NCBI GenBank assembly: GCA_964500725.1
Contig: CAZCNP010000006.1
Span: 3,634-67,633 of the forward strand
DNA from: an uncultured Gammaproteobacteria bacterium
Lineage (GTDB): Bacteria > Patescibacteriota > Microgenomatia > Daviesbacterales > UBA10151
Length of the DNA: 64,000 bases
Reading direction: 5' to 3'
Below are positions 18,080-27,144 of the stretch, one piece after another (the first letter of the stretch is position 1; each line of letters begins with the position of its first letter). The position numbers and the translations under genes are program-made. Under the pieces are notes generated by a model that was not told the origin of the DNA, did no database searches, and worked only from the letters and a program-made list of their open reading frames with translations.

Positions 18080-19048
18080 CTATACTCTTTTCTCTTCAAT
18101 TATTCGGGTTGCAACAATTTGTATAACTACAGTCATTGGGACCGCCAAAAGCGCTCCTGCTATACCCAATAGTCTGCTGCCTATGGCTATTGCAAGAATT
18201 ACCATCAGTGGGTTTAACCCAACTGCTCTTTTCATTACTTGGGGCACAATTAAATTATTCTCCAATTGCTGAATAATAAAATACATCGCAGCTACTCCTA
18301 AACTTAAAACCGGAGAAATAGTCAATGTTATAAGCACTGATGGTATAGCAGAAATAATTGGTCCAATAACTGGCACGACCTCTAGTATCCCCGCCACTAC
18401 TGCCAATGGTAAGGCATAAGGAACTCCAAGAATAAGTAGCCCTATATAAGTTAAACTTCCAATAATTAAGCTTAAAAAGAGCTGTCCTCTTAACCAATTA
18501 CCCAACTTTTCTTCAATTTGCACAATTGCCCGCTTTATTTTTTCTTCTCTACATACAAACAGAGATGCTAACTTATCTTCTAAGCTTTCCCTCTCCAGCA
18601 ATAAGTAAAATGTAACAACCAATAAAAAAATGATAGTTAAAAAGTTATCAAACAGGGATAAAGTAATTGAGAAAATATTTTTTGATAAATCAGACAATTG
18701 AGCCTGTAATACTGATTTATCAATTGCTGCAATCTCTAAGACCGAATCGAGATAAGGAGGCAGAGTCAAAATAAGCTTTCTAGTCTCATCCACTAATGGA
18801 GGAACTACAATAGCCAATAATGCCGACAGAATGCCTATTATAATAATGTAGGTAAGCGCAATTCCAAGAGATTTAGGAACTTTAAACCTATGCAAAAATT
18901 TCACTATAGGGAAAATAGCTGACATTAAAATCAAGGCTACAAACAAAATTATCAGAAGATCCAATATCAAATAGATTAACCATATCCCTAGAATAAATAC
19001 TGCCACAAAAATAATTGTTTTATGAGAAATATCAATTTTTCTATTCAT
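18080..19048 (-). CDS. AI-2E family transporter
   Basis: Multiple TM segments; VPVIGP, QQLENNLIVPQVM..AVGLNPL, GALLAVP. Confidence 0.88.
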   Translation of the reverse strand: MNRKIDISHKTIIFVAVFILGIWLIYLILDLLIILFVALILMSAIFPIVKFLHRFKVPKSLGIALTYIIIIGILSALLAIVVPPLVDETRKLILTLPPYLDSVLEIAAIDKSVLQAQLSDLSKNIFSITLSLFDNFLTIIFLLVVTFYLLLERESLEDKLASLFVCREEKIKRAIVQIEEKLGNWLRGQLFLSLIIGSLTYIGLLILGVPYALPLAVVAGILEVVPVIGPIISAIPSVLITLTISPVLSLGVAAMYFIIQQLENNLIVPQVMKRAVGLNPLMVILAIAIGSRLLGIAGALLAVPMTVVIQIVATRIIEEKRV

Positions 19049-20004
19049 ACTTCCATATAATACCATTTGCTCATCAATTTCACTACTTTAGATTGATAAT
19101 TTTGATCGGTAATATCAAACCATTTAATATTTTTCTCTTTTTTAAACCAGGTAATTTGTCTGCGGGCATAACCATGAATTTTATTCTGCAGAATTTTAAT
19201 TAGTTCATCTTTATCTGAGATTCTCCCAGATATATAGTCTGCTAACACTCCATACTCTAATCCTAATTGCTTCATTCTCTGTAAAGCTAAACCCTTGCTG
19301 TGTAAATCCTTTGTCTCAGTTATCATACCTTGGTTTATCCTACTGATCACCCTTTCATCAATTCTTTGATATAAAATTTGTCTTGGAGCAGTCAAGCCAA
19401 TCTTTAAAATATTCCAGCTTTTCAATTTTGAGTCTAAAATGTTATTTTTTTTCTGTTTTTGTCCTCCCATTATTATTTCTATTGCTCTCAGAAGACGGCG
19501 AGGATTCTGTTTATCTGATTCATTAAGTTTATTCCATTTATCAGGAGAGATTTTTTTCATTTTTTTTTGTAAGCTCTCTCTAGACAACTTCTCTAGTTTT
19601 TTCCTTAAACTTATATTTATTGGAATTGTCAAAGAGGGAATCCCTTCCAGCAAAACGTTAAGATAAAATCCTGTTCCCCCCACTATAATTGGCAGCTTTT
19701 TTCTATTGCTAATCTCCTCGATTACCCTGCTTGCATCTTTTACATAATCTGCAACTGTGTATTGCTTATTTGGGTCTGCCACATCATACATCCAAATCTT
19801 TACCCCATCCAACTCCCAATAACCTTTGCTTTTTTTTACTTTTACTATCTGTCCTGGCAATTTGCCCGTCCCAATATCTAAACTTTTGTAAACTTGTCTT
19901 GAGTCACAAGCAACTAATTCTCCATCAAATTTCTTTGCCAAGCTTATAGCCAAATCAGTTTTACCAGTTGATGTTGGGCCTAAAACAATTAGTAATCTAT
20001 TCAT
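19045..20004 (-). CDS. miaA: tRNA dimethylallyltransferase
   Basis: GPTSTGKT, DSRQVY..LDIGTGK, VGGTGFY, RRLLRAIE, YARRQITWF. Confidence 0.95.
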   Translation of the reverse strand: MNRLLIVLGPTSTGKTDLAISLAKKFDGELVACDSRQVYKSLDIGTGKLPGQIVKVKKSKGYWELDGVKIWMYDVADPNKQYTVADYVKDASRVIEEISNRKKLPIIVGGTGFYLNVLLEGIPSLTIPINISLRKKLEKLSRESLQKKMKKISPDKWNKLNESDKQNPRRLLRAIEIIMGGQKQKKNNILDSKLKSWNILKIGLTAPRQILYQRIDERVISRINQGMITETKDLHSKGLALQRMKQLGLEYGVLADYISGRISDKDELIKILQNKIHGYARRQITWFKKEKNIKWFDITDQNYQSKVVKLMSKWYYMEV

Positions 20005-20016
20005 TTTTTTATGCTA

Positions 20017-21009
20017 TTAAATTGCATATATATTTAATTTATTTATCATAATAACTCCCCAAGCATTAACAAGAATACTTAAGACCCAAAGAAGATAAAA
20101 TATTTTACTTGGCTTGTTACCAATACCGATAGCTAAAAGAATAAGCAGAAACGGCATAAAATCTTGAGCAAACCTATATCCAAATTGGGCAAACCCTACT
20201 CCTCCCCATAAAGAGACAACTAGTAATGTTGCAATTATCGCCACCCAGCATGCTACCGTCAACAATGATTTCTTTGCTTTGAAAATATAGATGAATGCCG
20301 GGCTAGTAAACCAGAGTGCTGTGCTATAAAGGGATGGAATTAAAAAAGGCCAGGTAGATTGGACTTGTGGTAGCCTTAAAAGAATTGCCTCTATATGTCT
20401 TGGGATATAGGCTATATTCATAAATCCCTGCTGGAAAATCGGATCGTTTACTATTCCAGGGATTAACTGGTAAGGAGATAGTGGACTAAAATTATTAAAT
20501 CTTAAAAAATTGTATAAAGCATCTAGTAAGAATCTTTTCTTACCAGATACCTCAAATAGCGCAAGTAAGAGAAAAAATAAAGCGGTAATATGAGCTATAA
20601 ACCAAGCTGATCCAACACTAGCTAAGTACCAATGGTTAGTTCCAAAAGCAAAGAAAATAGTAACAAAAAAAGAAGTTTTATTGGAAAAATTTAGCCTCTT
20701 AAATAACAAATAAACTAAAACTACGTTAATCGCGCCTAAAATAATTGAGAATATAGTTTGAGAGAAATATTGACCAAGTAAAAATACAGATGGCAATAAA
20801 ACTATTGCTGGCATTGGCGGATAGACAATATAATATTTGCCTCCAATAGCTATCAGCTCATTTAACCAGGAAGGATGATCTGTAATATACAGCTTTCCGT
20901 CAAGCAAGCTTGCTGAAAGTCTAGTAAAATAATTATATGGAGTTTCTCCAGGTGAGGATAATAAATAAATGAAAAGTGTTGCTAAAAAAATAATCACCAA
21001 GAGTTTCAT
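20017..21009 (-). CDS. integral membrane protein, probable GT-C-fold glycosyltransferase
   Basis: Multiple TM segments; YPPMPA, FAFGTNHW, QFGYRFAQDF. Likely start MKLLVII at 21009. Confidence 0.65.
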   Translation of the reverse strand: MKLLVIIFLATLFIYLLSSPGETPYNYFTRLSASLLDGKLYITDHPSWLNELIAIGGKYYIVYPPMPAIVLLPSVFLLGQYFSQTIFSIILGAINVVLVYLLFKRLNFSNKTSFFVTIFFAFGTNHWYLASVGSAWFIAHITALFFLLLALFEVSGKKRFLLDALYNFLRFNNFSPLSPYQLIPGIVNDPIFQQGFMNIAYIPRHIEAILLRLPQVQSTWPFLIPSLYSTALWFTSPAFIYIFKAKKSLLTVACWVAIIATLLVVSLWGGVGFAQFGYRFAQDFMPFLLILLAIGIGNKPSKIFYLLWVLSILVNAWGVIMINKLNIYAI

Positions 21010-22207
21010 ATTATTTATTCTAATTTTACTTGGTTTAGTAATAAGGTTTCTACTATCTCCTTTACCTGGTTTCAAAATAGATGTTGACGACTGGTTTGCT
21101 TGGGCAGTTAGACTCAGCAATTTTGATTTTGCCCACTTTTACTCCAAGGATGTTTTTACTGATTATACCCCTGGATACTTATATATTCTTAGTGTCCTTG
21201 GTTTTTTAAAGAATGTATTAATGCTGGAGAATAATTTTTTTTATATCATCTTAAAACTTCCTGCAATACTTTCTGACTTAATAATCGGAATATTTGTATA
21301 TCAAGAAATCAAAAAAATAGTTTCTTCAAAGATAGCTTTATTTGCCATGTTTTTAATTATATTTAACCCAGTAGCTATCTTTAACAGTTCTATTTGGGGA
21401 CAAATTGATAGTGTTTTATCGCTGTTGATGTTACTTACTGTTATTGCTTTAAGGAAAAATAATTTAATCGCCAGTTCAGCTTTTTTTGGACTGGCACTTT
21501 TAGTCAAACCACAAGCTTTAGCGCTAATCCCTTTATTAACGCTCTTTCTAATAAAACATTTTAATCTTGCTAACTTATTCAAACTAGCTGTACCTGGCAG
21601 TTTAGTCATTTTTGTCTTAACCTTTCCTTTCTTCCCCAATCAAACACTAATAAACCTAGCTCAACATATTGCCAAAACTGCAGGGGAATATCCTTATATT
21701 TCACTAAATGCATATAATTTCTGGGGGGGTGTAGGATTTTGGATCTCAGATCAAACAATTTGGAATAGCTTATCTTTTCAACAATGGGGGTATATTTTAT
21801 TTGCAATATATTGGCTTATAATAATCTATTTTTATTTTAGTAAAAAGATTTCCATTTATGCCTTAGCAACGCTTGCTACTTTAGGTTTTTTCTTTCTCCC
21901 AACTAAAGTTCACGAAAGGTACCTTTATCCTGCAATAATTTTTCTTATACTTCTTATTTCTCAATACAAATCTAAAACCCTGCTTATCTTAACCAGCGCT
22001 TTAAGCTTATTACATCTTTTTAACTTATATTACGTCTATGTTTACTACAATGAAGTTTACTTTAAATTACCAAAACTACTTTTTAACCCAATTTTTTATA
22101 ACTTTTTGGCTGAGCAAGCTAGGAGCTTATCATTGATTTCTACAATCATTTTTATTTTAATTAGTATTACTGTAATTAGTTATGAATTATCTCAAAAAAA
22201 AGATTAG
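20969..22207 (+). CDS. GT-C-fold membrane glycosyltransferase (mannosyltransferase-like)
   Basis: D...F..W, DYTPGY, KLPAILSD, FNP....SSIWGQIDS, KPQ, HERYLYP. Confidence 0.75.
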   Translation: MKSVAKKIITKSFILFILILLGLVIRFLLSPLPGFKIDVDDWFAWAVRLSNFDFAHFYSKDVFTDYTPGYLYILSVLGFLKNVLMLENNFFYIILKLPAILSDLIIGIFVYQEIKKIVSSKIALFAMFLIIFNPVAIFNSSIWGQIDSVLSLLMLLTVIALRKNNLIASSAFFGLALLVKPQALALIPLLTLFLIKHFNLANLFKLAVPGSLVIFVLTFPFFPNQTLINLAQHIAKTAGEYPYISLNAYNFWGGVGFWISDQTIWNSLSFQQWGYILFAIYWLIIIYFYFSKKISIYALATLATLGFFFLPTKVHERYLYPAIIFLILLISQYKSKTLLILTSALSLLHLFNLYYVYVYYNEVYFKLPKLLFNPIFYNFLAEQARSLSLISTIIFILISITVISYELSQKKD

Positions 22208-23402
22208 CTCAAAACAAATACTTATATTAATTCTGCTCCTGACTGCTTTCCTGCGCTTTTTTCGCCTAGATTTTCCTAACAAATACGTCTTCGATGAAGT
22301 CTATCATGCCTTCACCGCTAAAGAATATTTAGCAGGACACAAAGAGGCTTGGGAATGGTGGACAACACCGCCGCCTGGGGTAGCATACGAATGGACACAT
22401 CCACCTTTGGCTAAAGAAATAATGACTATATCGATGTTTATACTAAACACCCGAGAAACCTGGGCTTATAGATTACCAGGAGCACTACTTGGAATCCTGT
22501 CTGTTTATTTAGTTTACCTGCTAGGGCTTAAACTATTAAATAATCAAACTGCTTCCTTGCTAGCCGCGTTTGTCTTTTCTTTAGATGGATTAAATTTTGT
22601 TCAATCGCGTACAGGAATGAATGATATTTATTATGTTACCTTTTTACTGGGGAGTCTATTATTGCTGCTTAACAAAAGATTTATTCTTTCTGCAGTTTTA
22701 GCAGGACTTGCTCTTTCTTCTAAATGGGCAGCCGTTTATTCTTATCTGATATTTATTCCATTATTACTTTACAGTAAACAATACCGCTTCATTGGCTATT
22801 TTATAATCATTCCACCCATTATTTATTTTTTAAGTTATCTGCCATTTTTTCTACTTGGACATTCTCCGACACAATTTATACAACTACAACAACAAATGTG
22901 GTGGTATCATACCAGCCTTAAAGCTACTCATGATTATACTTCACCATGGTGGTCTTGGCCGCTCAATTTATATCCTGTTTGGTATTTTGTAGATTATCAA
23001 AAAGAAAGGGTTGCAAATATTTTTGCTTCCGGTAACCCAATACTTTTTTGGGTTGGCAGCATCGCCGTTATTCTAACTGTCATAGAATCAGTTAAGAAAA
23101 AAGTCATAAATCTATTCTTAATTTCTTTAGGATTTTTTGTATTTTGGTTACCATGGGCGCTTTCTCCTAGGATTATGTTTTTGTATCATTTCAGTCCTTC
23201 TATACCTTTCTTAAGCCTTGCATTAGGATATCAATTAAGTAATTTATTAAAACATAGAAACGAAAGAAGGCTAGCTTTTGTAATTCTTCTGCTGATAATT
23301 GTAACTTTTGCTCTGCTCTACCCCTTTATTACAGCTATTCATATTCCAAGGGAGTATGTTAAAGCATTCTTCTTATTTAATCTATCAAAAAATCCTTTTT
23401 AG
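22182..23402 (+). CDS. dolichyl-phosphate-mannose-protein mannosyltransferase (GT39/PMT)
   Basis: VFDEVYH, HPPLAK, SRTGMND, SKW, H.Y.SPWWSWP, GNP, FLYH. Confidence 0.85.
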   Translation: MNYLKKKISSKQILILILLLTAFLRFFRLDFPNKYVFDEVYHAFTAKEYLAGHKEAWEWWTTPPPGVAYEWTHPPLAKEIMTISMFILNTRETWAYRLPGALLGILSVYLVYLLGLKLLNNQTASLLAAFVFSLDGLNFVQSRTGMNDIYYVTFLLGSLLLLLNKRFILSAVLAGLALSSKWAAVYSYLIFIPLLLYSKQYRFIGYFIIIPPIIYFLSYLPFFLLGHSPTQFIQLQQQMWWYHTSLKATHDYTSPWWSWPLNLYPVWYFVDYQKERVANIFASGNPILFWVGSIAVILTVIESVKKKVINLFLISLGFFVFWLPWALSPRIMFLYHFSPSIPFLSLALGYQLSNLLKHRNERRLAFVILLLIIVTFALLYPFITAIHIPREYVKAFFLFNLSKNPF

Positions 23403-24181
23403 CTGCTGGCTGAAGAGTAATTTTTTAGAGCAAGTTCCCAGGCTTTATAAGAAAAATAAAATAAAATAAGGGTAAATGAAATTGCGTAAGCAATGAGCCC
23501 AGGAGAAAGTAGTCCCATTAAAGCTTTAGCTGGAAATGTCATCATAATACCCACAGGAATAATAAAAGTAATCAAACTTCTTATTGGTTCAACATAAACA
23601 TCAATAGGAACTCTACCCATCCCCACCAAATCTCTATAAACTAAAATTGCACTATCTATCTCAGTTGTTAATACTGCTAAAGATAGCACCAGTATATGAA
23701 AAGAAAGAATAATGAGAAACCCTAATAAGAGCATGAAGATATACTCACCAATATTTAATATATTGAGCGAATTTAATTTATTTACAAAATAAACAATAGC
23801 AGCAATTAGAGGGATTAACGTAATAAAATCCAACAAATCTGGTCCTGTTAGCAAAGATCTAAATAAAGGACTGATGGGTTTTATCAAATAAAAATCAAAC
23901 GTCCCAGATAAAACCTTGGGTCTAAATCTATAAACTTCACGAAATAGAAGTTGGGATAAAATATCTAGAAAATTAAAGGAGAGAAAAAATAATAAAACCT
24001 GATCTAAAGTATACCCTGCTAATACTTTTGTACTTTGTAATAAAATTACCAGTAAAAATATAAAGGTAGTAAACCTTAATATCTTTGCCAGCAAAAATAT
24101 TATTAGCCCCCACCTTATATTAAGTTGTATTTGAAAAGCAGCTGATGCAAATAACCACCAAAGTTTTAAATATCTTTTCAC
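23399..24181 (-). CDS. ABC-2 type permease (DUF990-like)
   Basis: Six TM segments, GTFDFYL.KP, P..VY. Confidence 0.8.
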   Translation of the reverse strand: MKRYLKLWWLFASAAFQIQLNIRWGLIIFLLAKILRFTTFIFLLVILLQSTKVLAGYTLDQVLLFFLSFNFLDILSQLLFREVYRFRPKVLSGTFDFYLIKPISPLFRSLLTGPDLLDFITLIPLIAAIVYFVNKLNSLNILNIGEYIFMLLLGFLIILSFHILVLSLAVLTTEIDSAILVYRDLVGMGRVPIDVYVEPIRSLITFIIPVGIMMTFPAKALMGLLSPGLIAYAISFTLILFYFSYKAWELALKNYSSASS

Positions 24182-24183
24182 TA

Positions 24184-24978
24184 TTAATTTCCTTCTGCGC
24201 TAAAATGACGAAATCCGCTACTAATCATTAGTTTCGTTAGAATAATAAGAGTTATAATCCAGGCAGAAATTATTGAAAACCCATACAAAATTTCTGCATT
24301 TCTCATTCCTCCTAAATATATTTTAGAAGGAAAATATATTAGATAAGGGAATGGTGTTATCATCAAAATATTAAATATTTCTCTTGGTAAGATATCTAAG
24401 GGAAACAATCCTCCACCTAAAGTTTCCAGTAATACCCCAATCAAAAATAATGGCCCCCAAGAATTTTCCATCCAAAAAGCTGTCAAAGAAATTAAAAAAT
24501 TTATACAAAAATAGATAACGAGCCCCCCAGCAATTGCAAAAATAAAATATGCTAAAACTTGTATATTTGTTTGAATTATAACTGCAGGCTTTAATAGAAA
24601 AACTAATACGGAAACTTCCCCAATATAAAATAGGATATTAAAAAGCTTATCAGCTATATCCCGCGCTAAATAATATTTTACAAACCCAAGTGGCTTTATT
24701 AAAAAGTTAACTACACTCCCACTATTTATTGAGTCTATTAAATCCGTTACTCTTGTAGATAAAACAATTGCCCGAATCAAAGCAGCAATTAAAATATAAG
24801 TCAGTATAGATGAAGCAGTGTAGCCGAAGATTTGCTTTTGAGACTGAAAAACACTCCACCAGATAAAATACACTAAAAGAAGTTGCATCACAGACCTAAA
24901 TCTCCACAAAACAAAATTAAGTCTATATATTAGATTTTGCTGCCAAGCTATTCTAAAAACAGATATATATTTACCCAT
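24184..24978 (-). CDS. ABC-2 type permease (DUF990-like)
   Basis: YRLNF, I.SG....L.KP, GGGLFPLD, PFPY..YFP. Confidence 0.8.
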   Translation of the reverse strand: MGKYISVFRIAWQQNLIYRLNFVLWRFRSVMQLLLVYFIWWSVFQSQKQIFGYTASSILTYILIAALIRAIVLSTRVTDLIDSINSGSVVNFLIKPLGFVKYYLARDIADKLFNILFYIGEVSVLVFLLKPAVIIQTNIQVLAYFIFAIAGGLVIYFCINFLISLTAFWMENSWGPLFLIGVLLETLGGGLFPLDILPREIFNILMITPFPYLIYFPSKIYLGGMRNAEILYGFSIISAWIITLIILTKLMISSGFRHFSAEGN

Positions 24979-25237
24979 CAGATTTACCAAATACCCAAGG
25001 TGTTTCCTTTTTATCTTTTTGCACCTTTGGACGATACTTTAATATCTTGTTAACCCTTACCACAGTATCTGTCCCAACACCAACCATTTTTGCAATTTTT
25101 CTAACCGGTAACCCCTTCTCTAAGAGACTTCTAATTTGAAACCGGTTCCTTAGCATCTTCCATTCTGATAAGGTTAATAATTCCTTTAAAATTTCTGTTG
25201 GCACTTCAATATCTTTACCCTGCCCTGGCTTACTCAC
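24971..25237 (-). CDS. TrpR-like (YerC/YecD) helix-turn-helix protein
   Basis: ELLTLSEWKMLRNRFQI..LL.KG...RKIA...GVGTDTVVRV matches the TrpR/YerC pattern. Start uncertain (GTG 25237 or further upstream). Confidence 0.75.
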   Translation of the reverse strand: MSKPGQGKDIEVPTEILKELLTLSEWKMLRNRFQIRSLLEKGLPVRKIAKMVGVGTDTVVRVNKILKYRPKVQKDKKETPWVFGKSDG

Positions 25238-25244
25238 AGCTAAG

Positions 25245-26234
25245 TTACCTTTCTTCTTTATTACTGAATATTTGTCTGACGATATCCTCAATTGCAGGCT
25301 CTTCTATTGTAAGATCAGCAATTTCAAATTGAGATAAAAGCTGGCTGGTTTTATCAGCAATTTTGCTCTTTTCTACTTCCAGGCTTACCTGATCCTCAAA
25401 GTGTTGTACTATTTTACCAATATTTTTTAACTTATTTAAATCAAATCCTTCTCTTATATCAGCTTTTATTAACTTATAAGGCGCAAATTTATTAACTATT
25501 TTTTCTAACGAACCATCATATATTATCTTACCCTTATTAATAACAATGACCCTTTTGCAAAGCTTTTCTACATCTCCCATGTAATGAGAGGTTAGTATTA
25601 TCGTTGCTTTAAACTCTTCATTATAATCTTTTATAAAATCCCGCATATTTTGCTGAGCTATTACATCAAGACCTATTGTTGGTTCATCTAAAAATAAAAC
25701 CTTTGGAGAGTGAAGTAGTGCTGCTATCAATTCGCATTTCATCCTCTGCCCTAAAGATAGCTTTCTAACAGGAACCGTTAAAATATCCTCCACTCTGAGC
25801 ATTTCTGACAACTTCTTAACATTGTCTCTAAAAGATTCCTCATCAATTTCATAAATCTCCTTATTTAGAATAAAACTATCCATCGCAGGCAAATCCCACC
25901 ATAATTGATTTTTCTGACCCATGATTAAAGAAATATTTTTCTGAAATTCTTTTTCTCTTTTAAAGGGTTCTTTACCAAAAACCTCTATTTGTCCTGAGGA
26001 AGGATATAAAAGACCTGATAGAACTTTTAAGGTTGTTGTTTTGCCAGCCCCGTTAGGTCCAATAAAACCAACCAACTCTCCCTCTTCTATGGTAAACGAA
26101 ACTCCATCTACAGCTTTAACATCGCTGTATTTTCTACTTATTAAAGATTTTAAAGATCCTAACAGTCCTGGCTCTTTTTGAAATATAGAATAATACTTTT
26201 TTAAATTATTAACAGAAATAATAGATTTGGACAT
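25245..26234 (-). CDS. ABC transporter ATP-binding protein
   Basis: GPNGAGKTT, LSLGQRMK, LFLDEPT, TSH. Confidence 0.92.
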   Translation of the reverse strand: MSKSIISVNNLKKYYSIFQKEPGLLGSLKSLISRKYSDVKAVDGVSFTIEEGELVGFIGPNGAGKTTTLKVLSGLLYPSSGQIEVFGKEPFKREKEFQKNISLIMGQKNQLWWDLPAMDSFILNKEIYEIDEESFRDNVKKLSEMLRVEDILTVPVRKLSLGQRMKCELIAALLHSPKVLFLDEPTIGLDVIAQQNMRDFIKDYNEEFKATIILTSHYMGDVEKLCKRVIVINKGKIIYDGSLEKIVNKFAPYKLIKADIREGFDLNKLKNIGKIVQHFEDQVSLEVEKSKIADKTSQLLSQFEIADLTIEEPAIEDIVRQIFSNKEER

Positions 26235-26291
26235 AGTCTAATTTTAGTCTAGTAAGAAAATTAAAACAACAAAAGAAGACTTTTTTGGAGG

Positions 26292-26564
26292 TTATTTAAT
26301 TAATCTTTTTAAGGTTTTACCTGCAGTAAACCCTGGAGTTTTTTTGTTAGGGATTTGAATAGTTTCACCAGTTTGAGGATTTCTTCCTCTTCTTGCTGCT
26401 CGGGATCTTATCAGAAATGTACCAAACCCTGTAATAACTACCTTCTCTCCTCTTACCAAACCATCTCTGATTAAATTAAAGGTAGCATTGACTGCATCAA
26501 CTGAGGCTCTTTTTGTTAAATTTGCTTTCTTGGCAACTTTTTCTATTAATTCATTTTTTGTCAT
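26292..26564 (-). CDS. hup: DNA-binding protein HU
   Basis: MTKNELIEKVA, GFGTF, GRNPQTGE, FTAGK.LK. Confidence 0.93.
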   Translation of the reverse strand: MTKNELIEKVAKKANLTKRASVDAVNATFNLIRDGLVRGEKVVITGFGTFLIRSRAARRGRNPQTGETIQIPNKKTPGFTAGKTLKRLIK

Positions 26565-26615
26565 ATGAATATGGATAAATTTACCAAATGTTCTCCTGTT
26601 TAGCAAGCCCCAAAT

Positions 26616-26828
26616 CTATATTCCTTGCATCTTCTCTTTAAGTTTAAACTCCAGAAACTCTCTCACTCTTTTATCGGGTTGATCCTCTTTACCAAAGGCT
26701 TTAACTAATGCATAAGTAAATGTCTCAACTCTATCTGCAGGGACGCCCAATCTTTCCACCAAACTTTCAATTGTGGGAACAGTTTGACCAACCTGATCAA
26801 ATTGTCGCATTCCATTTCTTTCTAACAT
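26616..26828 (-). CDS. hypothetical protein (N-terminus similar to 2149-2484)
   Basis: 70 aa from ATG 26828 with SD GGAGG, directly after the T-box-like terminator. Confidence 0.6.
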   Translation of the reverse strand: MLERNGMRQFDQVGQTVPTIESLVERLGVPADRVETFTYALVKAFGKEDQPDKRVREFLEFKLKEKMQGI

Positions 26829-26849
26829 TTTTCCTCCTCTCTTTGACAT

Positions 26850-27112
26850 AAAAAAGCCCTTGTAAATCCCTAAGATATTCTTAGAAACTTACAAGGGCCT
26901 TCAAAAGGCGGTGCCACCTTGCTTTAAGTTTTTACATAAAAAATCCTCCAATTACGGAGGAGTACTGTAGAAACTTAATCTTACAGCGCTCCGTTGCCGA
27001 CACGCTTATTGTATTTATACAGTTCAATTTCTGTCACAGTATTTCTTTGCCGACTGACCTGTGCAGCTTGTCTATTGCGATAGACTCAAACGCTTTTAAA
27101 ATATTTAATTGT
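26850..27112 (-). promoter_or_regulatory. T-box-like leader RNA, copy 2
   Basis: Minus strand AAGG-TGGCACC-GCC-ttttgaa-GGC-CCTT antiterminator (motif at 26907-26920), overlapping terminator 26850-26898. Promoter TTGACA(27148-27143)-17 nt-TATACT(27125-27120). Confidence 0.8.
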
Positions 27113-27144
27113 TGATAATAGTATAACAGGAGAAAGTTAGAGTG

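Noticed and set aside
27040-27070. GCACAGG...GCAAAG resemblance to a c-di-GMP-I riboswitch
   Set aside because: It lacks the GGCAAAC/GNRA tetraloop-receptor arrangement, and the match is not kept in copy 1.
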